Shown piece after piece: positions 15,193 through 22,844 of a stretch of DNA of 25,009 nucleotides (the first letter of the stretch is position 1; every line of letters begins with the position of its first letter). A program made the position numbers and the translations under genes. Source of the stretch: Patescibacteria group bacterium (GTDB lineage Bacteria > Patescibacteriota > Minisyncoccia > Minisyncoccales > JAHIOY01); the NCBI GenBank assembly GCA_018894495.1, contig JAHIOY010000066.1, positions 1 through 25,009 of the forward strand, read 5' to 3'. The notes under the pieces are model-generated. The model searched no databases. It was not told the DNA's origin and worked only from the letters and a program-made list of their open reading frames with translations.

Positions 15193-16758
15193 ATGATAAA
15201 TCGAACAAAGATATTTCTTTTAAGTTTTGCTTTGCTGTTTAGTATAAGCTCGGCTGTCTTGGCTCAAGAAACGCAAACCACCGCAGAGGCGGTTAATCTT
15301 GATGAAAATATACAGGCAAGTGATTTAGGAATCGGAGAACCCAGTATTTTGCCTGACAGCCCGCTTTATTTCTTGAAAAATTGGGGCAGAGGAATTCAGA
15401 GTTTTTTTACCTTTAATCCGATTGCCAAATCAGAATTGAAAGAAAAATTTGCCAATGAGAAACTGATGGAATTGAAAAAAACAATTGAACAAAAGAAAAA
15501 CGCAGAAGTCATTAAAAAAGCGGCTGAAAATTATCAACAGGAAGTAGAAAGAGTAAAAGAGCAGGTTGAAAAAATAAAAGAAAAGGCAGCAGAAAATCCG
15601 AAGGTGGATAGTTTCTTGAATAAATTTGTTCACCAGCAAACTTTGCACCAGAAACTTCTCCAAAAACTTGAAACTCAGGTTCCGCCGGAAGCATTTGGGA
15701 AAATAAAAGAATCAAGGGAAGCGCATATAGAAAGATTTGGAGATGTCCTGCTGAAACTTGAAGACAGGCAGGATAAAATCACCGAAAAACTTGATGAAGT
15801 TTTACAAGAACAAAAAGGCAGTCAATTCAAAGAATTCAAGAATTTGGAAGTCCTGAAAAACCTGGAAGAGAAAGTGCCAGAAGAAGCAAAAGAAGCAATC
15901 CGAAAAGCCCAGGAAAATTCCCTAAAACGTCTTCAGGTAGGATTGGAAAATATGTCGCCGCAGGGGCAGGAAACGTTTAAAGAATACATTAATACAACTT
16001 CCGGCGCCAAAGAAAAACACTTGGAAATTTTAGAAGATGTGAAAGCGGGAATAATGAGAATGCCGACGGCAACAGGAACTATTCAACTCCAAGAAAACTT
16101 AGAGAAAGGGAAATCGGGTATTTTGAAAAAAATTGATACAGCGGGTCAACAAATCGGCTGTCCGGCGTGGAGCGTTATTCCCGAATTTTGTCAGAAAGGA
16201 AGAGTAATTATGGAAAAAGATTCAGCCGGTTGTTTCACGCCCAAATGTATAATTCCGAGCGATACCACAGTTCCTCCTTCTGGTACAGTTCCTCCCGCTC
16301 CTCCGGCTACCGGCACTACTCCTCCTTCTACTGGCGTTGGTCGTGCTTGCATCCAATCGTGGGACCCTGTTTGCGGCAAAGATGGAAAGACATACTCAAA
16401 TAAATGTTTTGCCGAACTGGCTGGAGTGGAAATTGACTATGAAAGAGTTTGCAAAGAAACAAAATGTCCGGAAATCAAATGCGTCTGGGACCCTTGTCCT
16501 GGGCAACATCTTCCTGATTCGGCCGGCTGTGTAGGCTGTGCCAGTCCTTGCAGGGAAACTCCACCTCTTCCACCCGGCAGCGAAATCCCGCCCTCTAACC
16601 GCGGCCGCGTTTGCGCCCAAGTAATTACCCCTGCGGTAAGTTCTGATGGAACCTGTAAAGAATTTCCAACTCCTTGTGAGGTACCTTCAGATTGGAAGAA
16701 AGTTGATAAATGTCCAATACCAGAAAACACTATTACTCCGGGAATTCCTACCGAATAA
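15193..16758 (+). CDS. Secreted protein: DUF5667-like N-terminus, coiled coil, Pro/Thr linker, Kazal-type and other Cys-rich domains
   Basis: Signal peptide ending VLA; ILPDSPLYFLK motif; CIQSWDPVCGKDGKTYSNKC...C Kazal pattern; CAQVITPA...C...PC...W..C terminal domain. Confidence 0.85.
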   Translation: MINRTKIFLLSFALLFSISSAVLAQETQTTAEAVNLDENIQASDLGIGEPSILPDSPLYFLKNWGRGIQSFFTFNPIAKSELKEKFANEKLMELKKTIEQKKNAEVIKKAAENYQQEVERVKEQVEKIKEKAAENPKVDSFLNKFVHQQTLHQKLLQKLETQVPPEAFGKIKESREAHIERFGDVLLKLEDRQDKITEKLDEVLQEQKGSQFKEFKNLEVLKNLEEKVPEEAKEAIRKAQENSLKRLQVGLENMSPQGQETFKEYINTTSGAKEKHLEILEDVKAGIMRMPTATGTIQLQENLEKGKSGILKKIDTAGQQIGCPAWSVIPEFCQKGRVIMEKDSAGCFTPKCIIPSDTTVPPSGTVPPAPPATGTTPPSTGVGRACIQSWDPVCGKDGKTYSNKCFAELAGVEIDYERVCKETKCPEIKCVWDPCPGQHLPDSAGCVGCASPCRETPPLPPGSEIPPSNRGRVCAQVITPAVSSDGTCKEFPTPCEVPSDWKKVDKCPIPENTITPGIPTE

Positions 16759-16779
16759 AATTTCTTTCTCTAAAGAAAT

Positions 16780-16812
16780 CCAAAAACCCGTCTAAAAGCG
16801 GGTTTTTGGTTT
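16780..16812 (+). terminator. Intrinsic terminator-like hairpin
   Basis: ccaaaaacccg / cgggtttttgg 11-bp stem 21 nt after the stop codon. Confidence 0.65.
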
Positions 16813-16838
16813 GAAAAGATGAAAAATTTTGTTAGAAT
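16811..16838 (+). promoter_or_regulatory. Putative miaB promoter (leaderless geometry)
   Basis: TTGAAA - 16 nt - TAGAAT with extended TG; 7 nt to the ATG at 16846. Confidence 0.5.
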
Positions 16839-16845
16839 AAACAAT

Positions 16846-17847
16846 ATGAAATATCACATTATAACCTTTGGCTGTCAGATGAATAAATCGGATTCAGAAC
16901 GAATTGCTACGGTTTTGGAAAACAGGGGTTATCAACCGGCTTCAAATATTAATGAGGCTGATTTAATCGTGGTTAATATGTGCTCGGTCAGACAATCGGC
17001 CGTTGACCGAGTGTATGGCAAAATTTCTGACTTTGCCAAGTTAAAAGTTAAAAATGAAAAGTTAAAAGTTATTTTAACGGGTTGTATCACAAAAAGCGAT
17101 AAACGGAAATTTGAAAATAAATTTGACCAGATCCTAAAATTCAAGGATTTATTAAAAGAGCAGCCAAAATATCAAGATAAATCCATAGTTTATGTGCCGA
17201 TTTCCAGTGGCTGTAATAATGCCTGCACTTATTGCGTCGTGCCTTTTACCCGTGGTAGTTTAGTTTGCCGAGACCATCGGGAGATTTTAAAAGAAGTGAA
17301 AAAGGTAGTTCAAAATGGCGCCAAAGAGATATGGCTTTTGGGACAAAACGTGAATGACTATACCTCGCGCACGGATGGTTCAATTGATTTTTCCGAATTA
17401 TTGAGAATGATAAATGATATTCCCGGCGATTTCTTAATTAGATTCGTCTCTCCAAATCCTAAAAATTTCTCTGACAAATTAATTGAGACAATGGTCGGAG
17501 CGAAAAAAATTACCAAGTACCTTCATCTGCCCGTCCAATCAGGAGACAACGAAATTTTAAAAAAGATGAACCGGCCTTATACGGTTGAACAATATAAAAA
17601 TCTGGTTAAAAAAATTCGGAAAAAAATTCCGAAAATCAATTTATCAACCGACATTATTGTCGGTTTTCCCGGGGAGACAGAAAAACAATTCCAAAACACA
17701 GTGAAATTATTTAAAGAAATTAAATTTAATTATGCCTACATTGCTAAATATTCTCCAAGACCCGGAACAGCCGCCTTTAAATTAAAAGATGATGTTTCAT
17801 TAAAGGAGAAAAAGCGGAGATGGAAAATTTTAAATTCGTATATATGA
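16846..17847 (+). CDS. miaB: MiaB-like tRNA methylthiotransferase lacking TRAM domain
   Basis: FGCQMN, NMCSVR, TGC cysteines; radical SAM CNNACTYC; HLPVQSG; DIIVGFPGET; adjacent to miaA. Confidence 0.9.
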   Translation: MKYHIITFGCQMNKSDSERIATVLENRGYQPASNINEADLIVVNMCSVRQSAVDRVYGKISDFAKLKVKNEKLKVILTGCITKSDKRKFENKFDQILKFKDLLKEQPKYQDKSIVYVPISSGCNNACTYCVVPFTRGSLVCRDHREILKEVKKVVQNGAKEIWLLGQNVNDYTSRTDGSIDFSELLRMINDIPGDFLIRFVSPNPKNFSDKLIETMVGAKKITKYLHLPVQSGDNEILKKMNRPYTVEQYKNLVKKIRKKIPKINLSTDIIVGFPGETEKQFQNTVKLFKEIKFNYAYIAKYSPRPGTAAFKLKDDVSLKEKKRRWKILNSYI

Positions 17848-18770
17848 AAAAACTCATTGTTATTTTAGGACCAACGGCTGCGGGAAAAACTGAATTGGCG
17901 ATTAGATTAGCTAAAAAATTTGACGGCGAGATCGTTTCGGCCGATTCAAGGCAGGTCTATCGGGGAATGAATATCGGAACCGGCAAAATTACTAAGAAAG
18001 GCAGGGGCGGTATCCCCCACGAGCTTTTAGATGTTGCCAGTCCGAAAAGAAGGTTTACAGTTACTCAATATCAAAAATTGGCTCTTAAAGCATTAGAAAA
18101 GATTTTTAAAAAAGGAAAAATTCCGATTTTAGTTGGCGGAACAGGATTTTATATTCAAGCCGTAGTTGATGGGATAGTTATCCCCGAAGTAAGGCCGAAT
18201 TGGCGGTTGAGGTCTAACCTCAACAAACTTCCCGTTGAGGAACTTTATAAAATCTTAAAAAAACTTGACCCCAAAAGGGCGAAGACAATTGAAAAGGAAA
18301 ACCCAAGAAGATTGATTAGGGCAATTGAAATTGTAAAGAAAACAAAAAATCCAGTTCCGCCATTAAAATTCAATCCTCTCCCCTACCCTGTTTTGATGCT
18401 CGGAATTAAGAGACCAAAAAAAGAATTGGAAGAAAAAATAAAAAAAAGATTTTTTGAGTGGCTAAAAAGAGGGCTCATTTTGGAAGCAATAAAATTAAGG
18501 AAAATGGGGCTCTCTTTCAAAAGGATTGAAGAATTTGGAATGCACTATAGAGAAATTGCAAAATATTTACAAAATAAAATAGATGAAAAAGAAATGATTG
18601 AGAATTCGATAAAAGAAATCCAAAACTATGCTAAACGGCAAATGACTTGGTTTAAGCGCGACCCCGCACCAGAACCTTCGATTCGGTACGGGGCAGGCAA
18701 AAGAATTCTTTGGGTTCAAAATTACCGAATGGCAGAAAAATTAGTAAAAAATTTTTTGAAAAAAAAATAA
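17844..18770 (+). CDS. miaA: tRNA dimethylallyltransferase
   Basis: GPTAAGKT, SADSRQVYRGM.IGTGK, GGTGFY, YAKRQMTWF; ATGA overlap with the miaB stop. Confidence 0.97.
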   Translation: MKKLIVILGPTAAGKTELAIRLAKKFDGEIVSADSRQVYRGMNIGTGKITKKGRGGIPHELLDVASPKRRFTVTQYQKLALKALEKIFKKGKIPILVGGTGFYIQAVVDGIVIPEVRPNWRLRSNLNKLPVEELYKILKKLDPKRAKTIEKENPRRLIRAIEIVKKTKNPVPPLKFNPLPYPVLMLGIKRPKKELEEKIKKRFFEWLKRGLILEAIKLRKMGLSFKRIEEFGMHYREIAKYLQNKIDEKEMIENSIKEIQNYAKRQMTWFKRDPAPEPSIRYGAGKRILWVQNYRMAEKLVKNFLKKK

Positions 18771-18793
18771 TGTAGAGGTTAGACCTCTACATT
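18769..18793. repeat. REP-like hairpin AATGTAGAGGT-TAG-ACCTCTACATT between convergent miaA and gatB (possible bidirectional terminator)
   Basis: Perfect 11-bp stem; compensatory change relative to the 9271 copy. Confidence 0.8.
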
Positions 18794-18811
18794 GAATAAT
18801 TAATGGCAACG

Positions 18812-20395
18812 TCAAACGTTGCCAGCCGTTGCCATTAACTTATTGAGCAGGTTATGGACGATGTCAGGGTTGGCTTTGCCTCCGGTTTCTTGTATTACCT
18901 GACCAATTAAAAATTGGAGGGCATTTGCTTTTCCTTTTTTGAAATCTTGAACCGCTTTTTGGTTTCTTAAAATCACTTCTTTGACAATTTTTTCGAGCGC
19001 CGACTCATCGGTTATTTGAACTAAGCCCTTTTCCTCAATAATGTGGGAAGGGTCGGCTCCGGTTGAAAACATTTCTGTCAGAACCATTTTAGCAATTGGC
19101 GATGAAATTTTTCCTTCATAAATTAAAATTATAAATTCAGCAAAATTTTCAGGAGTAATTAACCCCGTTAGAGATTCTTTCTCTAACGGGGTAAAAAAAT
19201 CTTTACCCTCCCAAGTTTTTTTCAAAAATTTGGGAGGGCGAACCGATGCCCCTTTTAATAACCCCCGCAGGTCAGTAAGCAGATAATTAGAACAAACTTT
19301 TATGAGATGAAAATAACTCTCTTTCTTTGGTTCTGGCTTTATTTCTTTTAGCCACTGGCCTAATTCTGAAATCGCTTTTTCAAAGTAATTACTCAATGCC
19401 CGAGCTTGAATAAAAATCTCAATCTCTTGAGCTGACAAATTGTATTCTTTTTTAAACCTTTCTCTCTTTTGCTGCGGCAGTTCGGGAATTTCGGATTTTA
19501 TTTCATCAATTAAATTTTGAGAGATGGATAAAGACGGTAAATCGGGCTCGGGAAAATAGCGATAATCCTGAGATTCTTCCTTCTCTCTTTGACTAATGGT
19601 CACTCCTTTAACATCGTCCCATCCTTTCGTTTCTTGAATAACTTTTTCTCCGAGAGCAAGCAGTTTTGACTGCCTTTCAATTTCATAATCAATCGCCTTT
19701 TCCAGCGCTTTAAATGAGTTCAAGTTTTTAATTTCCACCTTTGTCCCTAATTCCTTATTCTTAATTCCTGATTCTCGCAATGATATATTCGCTTCAACGC
19801 GCATTTCTCCTTTTTCCATATCAGCGTTGGAAACGTTAAGGTATCTTAAAATCAATTGTAATTCTTCGGCAAACTTCCTTGCTTCTTTGGCTGACCTCAA
19901 GTCTGGCTCCGTAACCAACTCCATTAAAGGAATTCCAGCCCGATTAAAATCAACCAAAGAATAATTCTTTTCATGGATTAAACTACCCGTATCTTCCTCT
20001 AAATGAACTTCCCGAATTCTAATTTTTTTTACCCCGTTGGAAGCCGAAGGCTTTCCTTCGGGGCTACCATTAATTTCTAAAAATCCATTTTTGCAAAAAG
20101 GAGCGGCATACTGGCTTATCTGGTATCCTTTTGGCAAGTCAGGATAAAAATAGTTTTTCCGTTCAAATTTTGAATATTCAGGAATTTGGCAATTTAGGGC
20201 CAGACCGGTTTTTATTGTTTTTCTGACCGCTTCTTTATTAATGACCGGAAGCGTTCCCGGCTGCGCCGTGCAAATCGGACAAATATTAACATTCGGATGA
20301 CATTCATTGGGATTGTTGAGGCAATCGCAAAACATTTTACTCCGCGTATTTAATTCTACATGTATCTCCAGTCCAATTATTGGTTGATACTTCAT
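18812..20395 (-). CDS. gatB: Asp-tRNA(Asn)/Glu-tRNA(Gln) amidotransferase subunit B with three hairpin-derived inserts
   Basis: IGLEIHVEL, RKNYFYPDLPKGYQISQ, HLEEDTG, DFNRAGIPLMELV, YRYFPEPDL. Confidence 0.98.
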   Translation of the reverse strand: MKYQPIIGLEIHVELNTRSKMFCDCLNNPNECHPNVNICPICTAQPGTLPVINKEAVRKTIKTGLALNCQIPEYSKFERKNYFYPDLPKGYQISQYAAPFCKNGFLEINGSPEGKPSASNGVKKIRIREVHLEEDTGSLIHEKNYSLVDFNRAGIPLMELVTEPDLRSAKEARKFAEELQLILRYLNVSNADMEKGEMRVEANISLRESGIKNKELGTKVEIKNLNSFKALEKAIDYEIERQSKLLALGEKVIQETKGWDDVKGVTISQREKEESQDYRYFPEPDLPSLSISQNLIDEIKSEIPELPQQKRERFKKEYNLSAQEIEIFIQARALSNYFEKAISELGQWLKEIKPEPKKESYFHLIKVCSNYLLTDLRGLLKGASVRPPKFLKKTWEGKDFFTPLEKESLTGLITPENFAEFIILIYEGKISSPIAKMVLTEMFSTGADPSHIIEEKGLVQITDESALEKIVKEVILRNQKAVQDFKKGKANALQFLIGQVIQETGGKANPDIVHNLLNKLMATAGNV

Positions 20396-20403
20396 TTTTC
20401 TGA

Positions 20404-20442
20404 TATAACACCTTTTCTCACGATCGTGAAAAAGGTGTTATA
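20404..20442. repeat. Near-perfect 39-nt palindrome between thyX and gatB
   Basis: tataacacctttt-c-tcacgatcgtga-aaaaggtgttata. Confidence 0.8.
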
Positions 20443-20464
20443 GTAATGATTTTGGCAATTTTTT

Positions 20465-21118
20465 TTATAAATCGTCAAAAATTATTGGTATTTTCTTTTT
20501 AAGGTCTTCTAATAAATTTTTCATAACCTGCCTGATTTCCCAATGAGCGTCCGGAGCCGTTCTCACTTTAAAAATATGACGCCACTCTCTAAAATTTGCC
20601 GTTACTACAATTTGCGCCTTAATCCCATTTGGCAAAACCTGTCTCGCGTCCTGGCGAATCCAACCGGCTTTCCTTAATCCGCGATACATCTGTTCATTTA
20701 AATCCATCCAATCCTGAAAGGAAACCTTGAGTTTTATGCCATTAGGCAAATTGAGTTCAACCAATTTTTCGTCTTTGTCTTGAGCGGGCGGAATAACAAC
20801 TTTAAAATCGCCGCCATCAACGTATCTTGTTGACTCTTGGGTAAAAGAAGCTAAGCGATGGCGGACGAGCTCATGGGTAAAACCGCGGCTTACATTGTTG
20901 AATTCAACAGTCATGCAGGAATGTTCCAAAACCGACTCGTGGCCCCGTTCTCTGAGCATTTTCACAAATCTGGCTGCTGAATCGTTAGTAATTTGAGCCC
21001 GACTTTGATAAGAAGTTCGGCCGGCTAATTCAATTAACTGTAAAGAGTTCTCGCCTCCAATTCCCGCCATAATCGCCAAAATTCTGTGGCTTCCCTGATT
21101 TTTTAGGATTTGAGCCAT
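20465..21118 (-). CDS. thyX: Flavin-dependent thymidylate synthase
   Basis: GHESVLEH, THELVRHRLASFTQESTRY, NFREWRH, AHWEIR. Confidence 0.96.
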   Translation of the reverse strand: MAQILKNQGSHRILAIMAGIGGENSLQLIELAGRTSYQSRAQITNDSAARFVKMLRERGHESVLEHSCMTVEFNNVSRGFTHELVRHRLASFTQESTRYVDGGDFKVVIPPAQDKDEKLVELNLPNGIKLKVSFQDWMDLNEQMYRGLRKAGWIRQDARQVLPNGIKAQIVVTANFREWRHIFKVRTAPDAHWEIRQVMKNLLEDLKKKIPIIFDDL

Positions 21119-21148
21119 TGTTTTAAAATTTGAAAAATTTTAGAAAAT

Positions 21149-21751
21149 TTATATATAAATAATTTTTTTAATCTGGGAAAATACTTCTTCCCTCGATTTC
21201 TCTCCGTCAATGAGATAGACATTTTCAAATTTTTTTGCCAATTTTTCATAATTTGCCCAGACCTTTGCCAAAACCTCTTCTTTTTCAAAAAGGGTGAGTT
21301 CAAATCGATCTTTTTTTATTCTTTCAACGCAACTTTTAGGAGAGACCTTTAGAAAAAAAGTTAAGTCCGGCAAAAGAAATTTGTTATTTATCTCAATCAA
21401 CCAGTCGAGGTCTTTGATTTGCAAATTTCCATAAGCCATTGTTGAAAAAAAATATCTATCAGAAATGACGTTGATTCCCCTTTTCAGCAAAGGGCTCACT
21501 TCTTTTTCTAAATGATAAGCCCGGTCAGCTGAAAATAAAAGTTGAAGGCATTCTGGCGAAGATTTCCAATCGTGAGTGAGCTGGCTTTTGATTAGTCCTC
21601 CAATTAAACCCGAAGTTGGCTCTTTTGTAATATGAGTTCTTTTCCCTTTATTATTTAAATATTCAGCAAGCAAATTCACCTGAGTGGAATTCCCGGCACC
21701 ATCAAGTGAATCAAAAACAATAAATTTTCCCGAGTATGGATTTTTTTTCAC
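21149..21751 (-). CDS. tmk: Thymidylate kinase (non-canonical P-loop)
   Basis: KFIVFDSLDGAGNSTQ, TKEPT, LFSADRAYH, SDRYFFSTMAY, PDLTFFL; GTG start. Confidence 0.92.
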   Translation of the reverse strand: MKKNPYSGKFIVFDSLDGAGNSTQVNLLAEYLNNKGKRTHITKEPTSGLIGGLIKSQLTHDWKSSPECLQLLFSADRAYHLEKEVSPLLKRGINVISDRYFFSTMAYGNLQIKDLDWLIEINNKFLLPDLTFFLKVSPKSCVERIKKDRFELTLFEKEEVLAKVWANYEKLAKKFENVYLIDGEKSREEVFSQIKKIIYI

Positions 21752-21853
21752 CCCGTTAGAAGTCTGTCTTTATACGATTAAACAGGTTTTTATTTCTGAA
21801 TTTTTCAAATTCCGAAATAAAGAACATCGCTTTCAGACAGACCTATATTTTTT

Positions 21854-22483
21854 CTATTTTTTATATCTTTTAACCTCTTTTTCCAAAAATTCTTTGATTT
21901 CTTGCGACTGAAAACTTTTCTCTAAAAAATCTATTTTAAGCTCTTCTAAAACATTGAAATAAATTAACTGTCCTAAAAATAATTTCTCTGAAAAAAGTCC
22001 TTGAAACTTTTTCTGGGCATCGCGAATAATTCTCTCCAAATTATGACCCCTCTTAATTATGAAAAATAAATCAACATAATCCCGCCAAACTGGACGTCTG
22101 CCGAGGGTGTAAGATTTGTCGGCTGCAATATCTTTCCAATCAAAAATAGAAATTGAGGAAGTTTTAATTATTCTATAAAGCGGCCTGAATGGGTAGTAAA
22201 AAAATGTAACTTTAATGTCTTGGGGAGTAAAAAAGGTCAGTTCATTTTCTGATTCTTGAATTACCTTTATTTTTTTACTAAAAATTTTTCCAATTTCCCA
22301 GGATAAATTCACAGGGATTTTCTTTGAGGTAAAAATATCAAAATCATAAGACCTCCTGTGCCTCAACTGAAAAGCCAGGGCCGTGCCTCCAGCCATAATT
22401 CCGATTTGCTTTAGAACTTTTAGTTTAGTGAAAACCGATTTTTGATTAGGGGTTAAAACCTCATTAATATAAAGTTGCGACAT
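21854..22483 (-). CDS. AbiEii-like nucleotidyltransferase (type IV TA toxin)
   Basis: MAGGTALAFQLRHRRSYDFDIF; AADK...GRR..WRDYVDLFF. Confidence 0.85.
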   Translation of the reverse strand: MSQLYINEVLTPNQKSVFTKLKVLKQIGIMAGGTALAFQLRHRRSYDFDIFTSKKIPVNLSWEIGKIFSKKIKVIQESENELTFFTPQDIKVTFFYYPFRPLYRIIKTSSISIFDWKDIAADKSYTLGRRPVWRDYVDLFFIIKRGHNLERIIRDAQKKFQGLFSEKLFLGQLIYFNVLEELKIDFLEKSFQSQEIKEFLEKEVKRYKK

Positions 22484-22802
22484 ATTTTTCGGGAAATAAG
22501 GTTTTCCCTTTTATATCTAAAATTATTTTCTTAATAAAATTGAAGTTTTGCGGGGTATAGATTTTCATTGGATTTTTTTTAAAAATCTCTCTCACCTGTT
22601 TTCTGGAGTAAATCTTAAATAGTAAAGATATGTCTTTTAAATCGCCATACATTAAGACCTGATGAATAATATAGTTTTTATCTTTCTCCCAATCAAGTTT
22701 TTTTATATTACAAGACCATAAAATTCCCTGCCAATTTTTAGGAATCGGGGGAAAAGTTTTTTTGAAAGATTTTAATCTTTGTCTATTTTGTATTTTGTTC
22801 AT
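22464..22802 (-). CDS. DUF6922-like partner protein
   Basis: LWSCNIKKLD.EKDKNYIIHQVLMYGDL...L...Y; overlaps the NTase start by 20 nt. Confidence 0.7.
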   Translation of the reverse strand: MNKIQNRQRLKSFKKTFPPIPKNWQGILWSCNIKKLDWEKDKNYIIHQVLMYGDLKDISLLFKIYSRKQVREIFKKNPMKIYTPQNFNFIKKIILDIKGKTLFPEKYVATLY

Positions 22803-22844
22803 AATTCTTTTATTTTATTTCTTCTTATATTTTTTCTATTTTTT

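Noticed and set aside
11374-16730. Antisense and alternate-frame ORFs within dnaE, thrS and the DUF5667 gene
   Set aside because: Short shadow ORFs overlapping well-supported genes.
16819-17843. Longer ORF-track starts for miaB (16819), miaA (17820) and hicB (6489)
   Set aside because: Downstream ATGs match family N-termini, promoter spacing and the ATGA overlap better.
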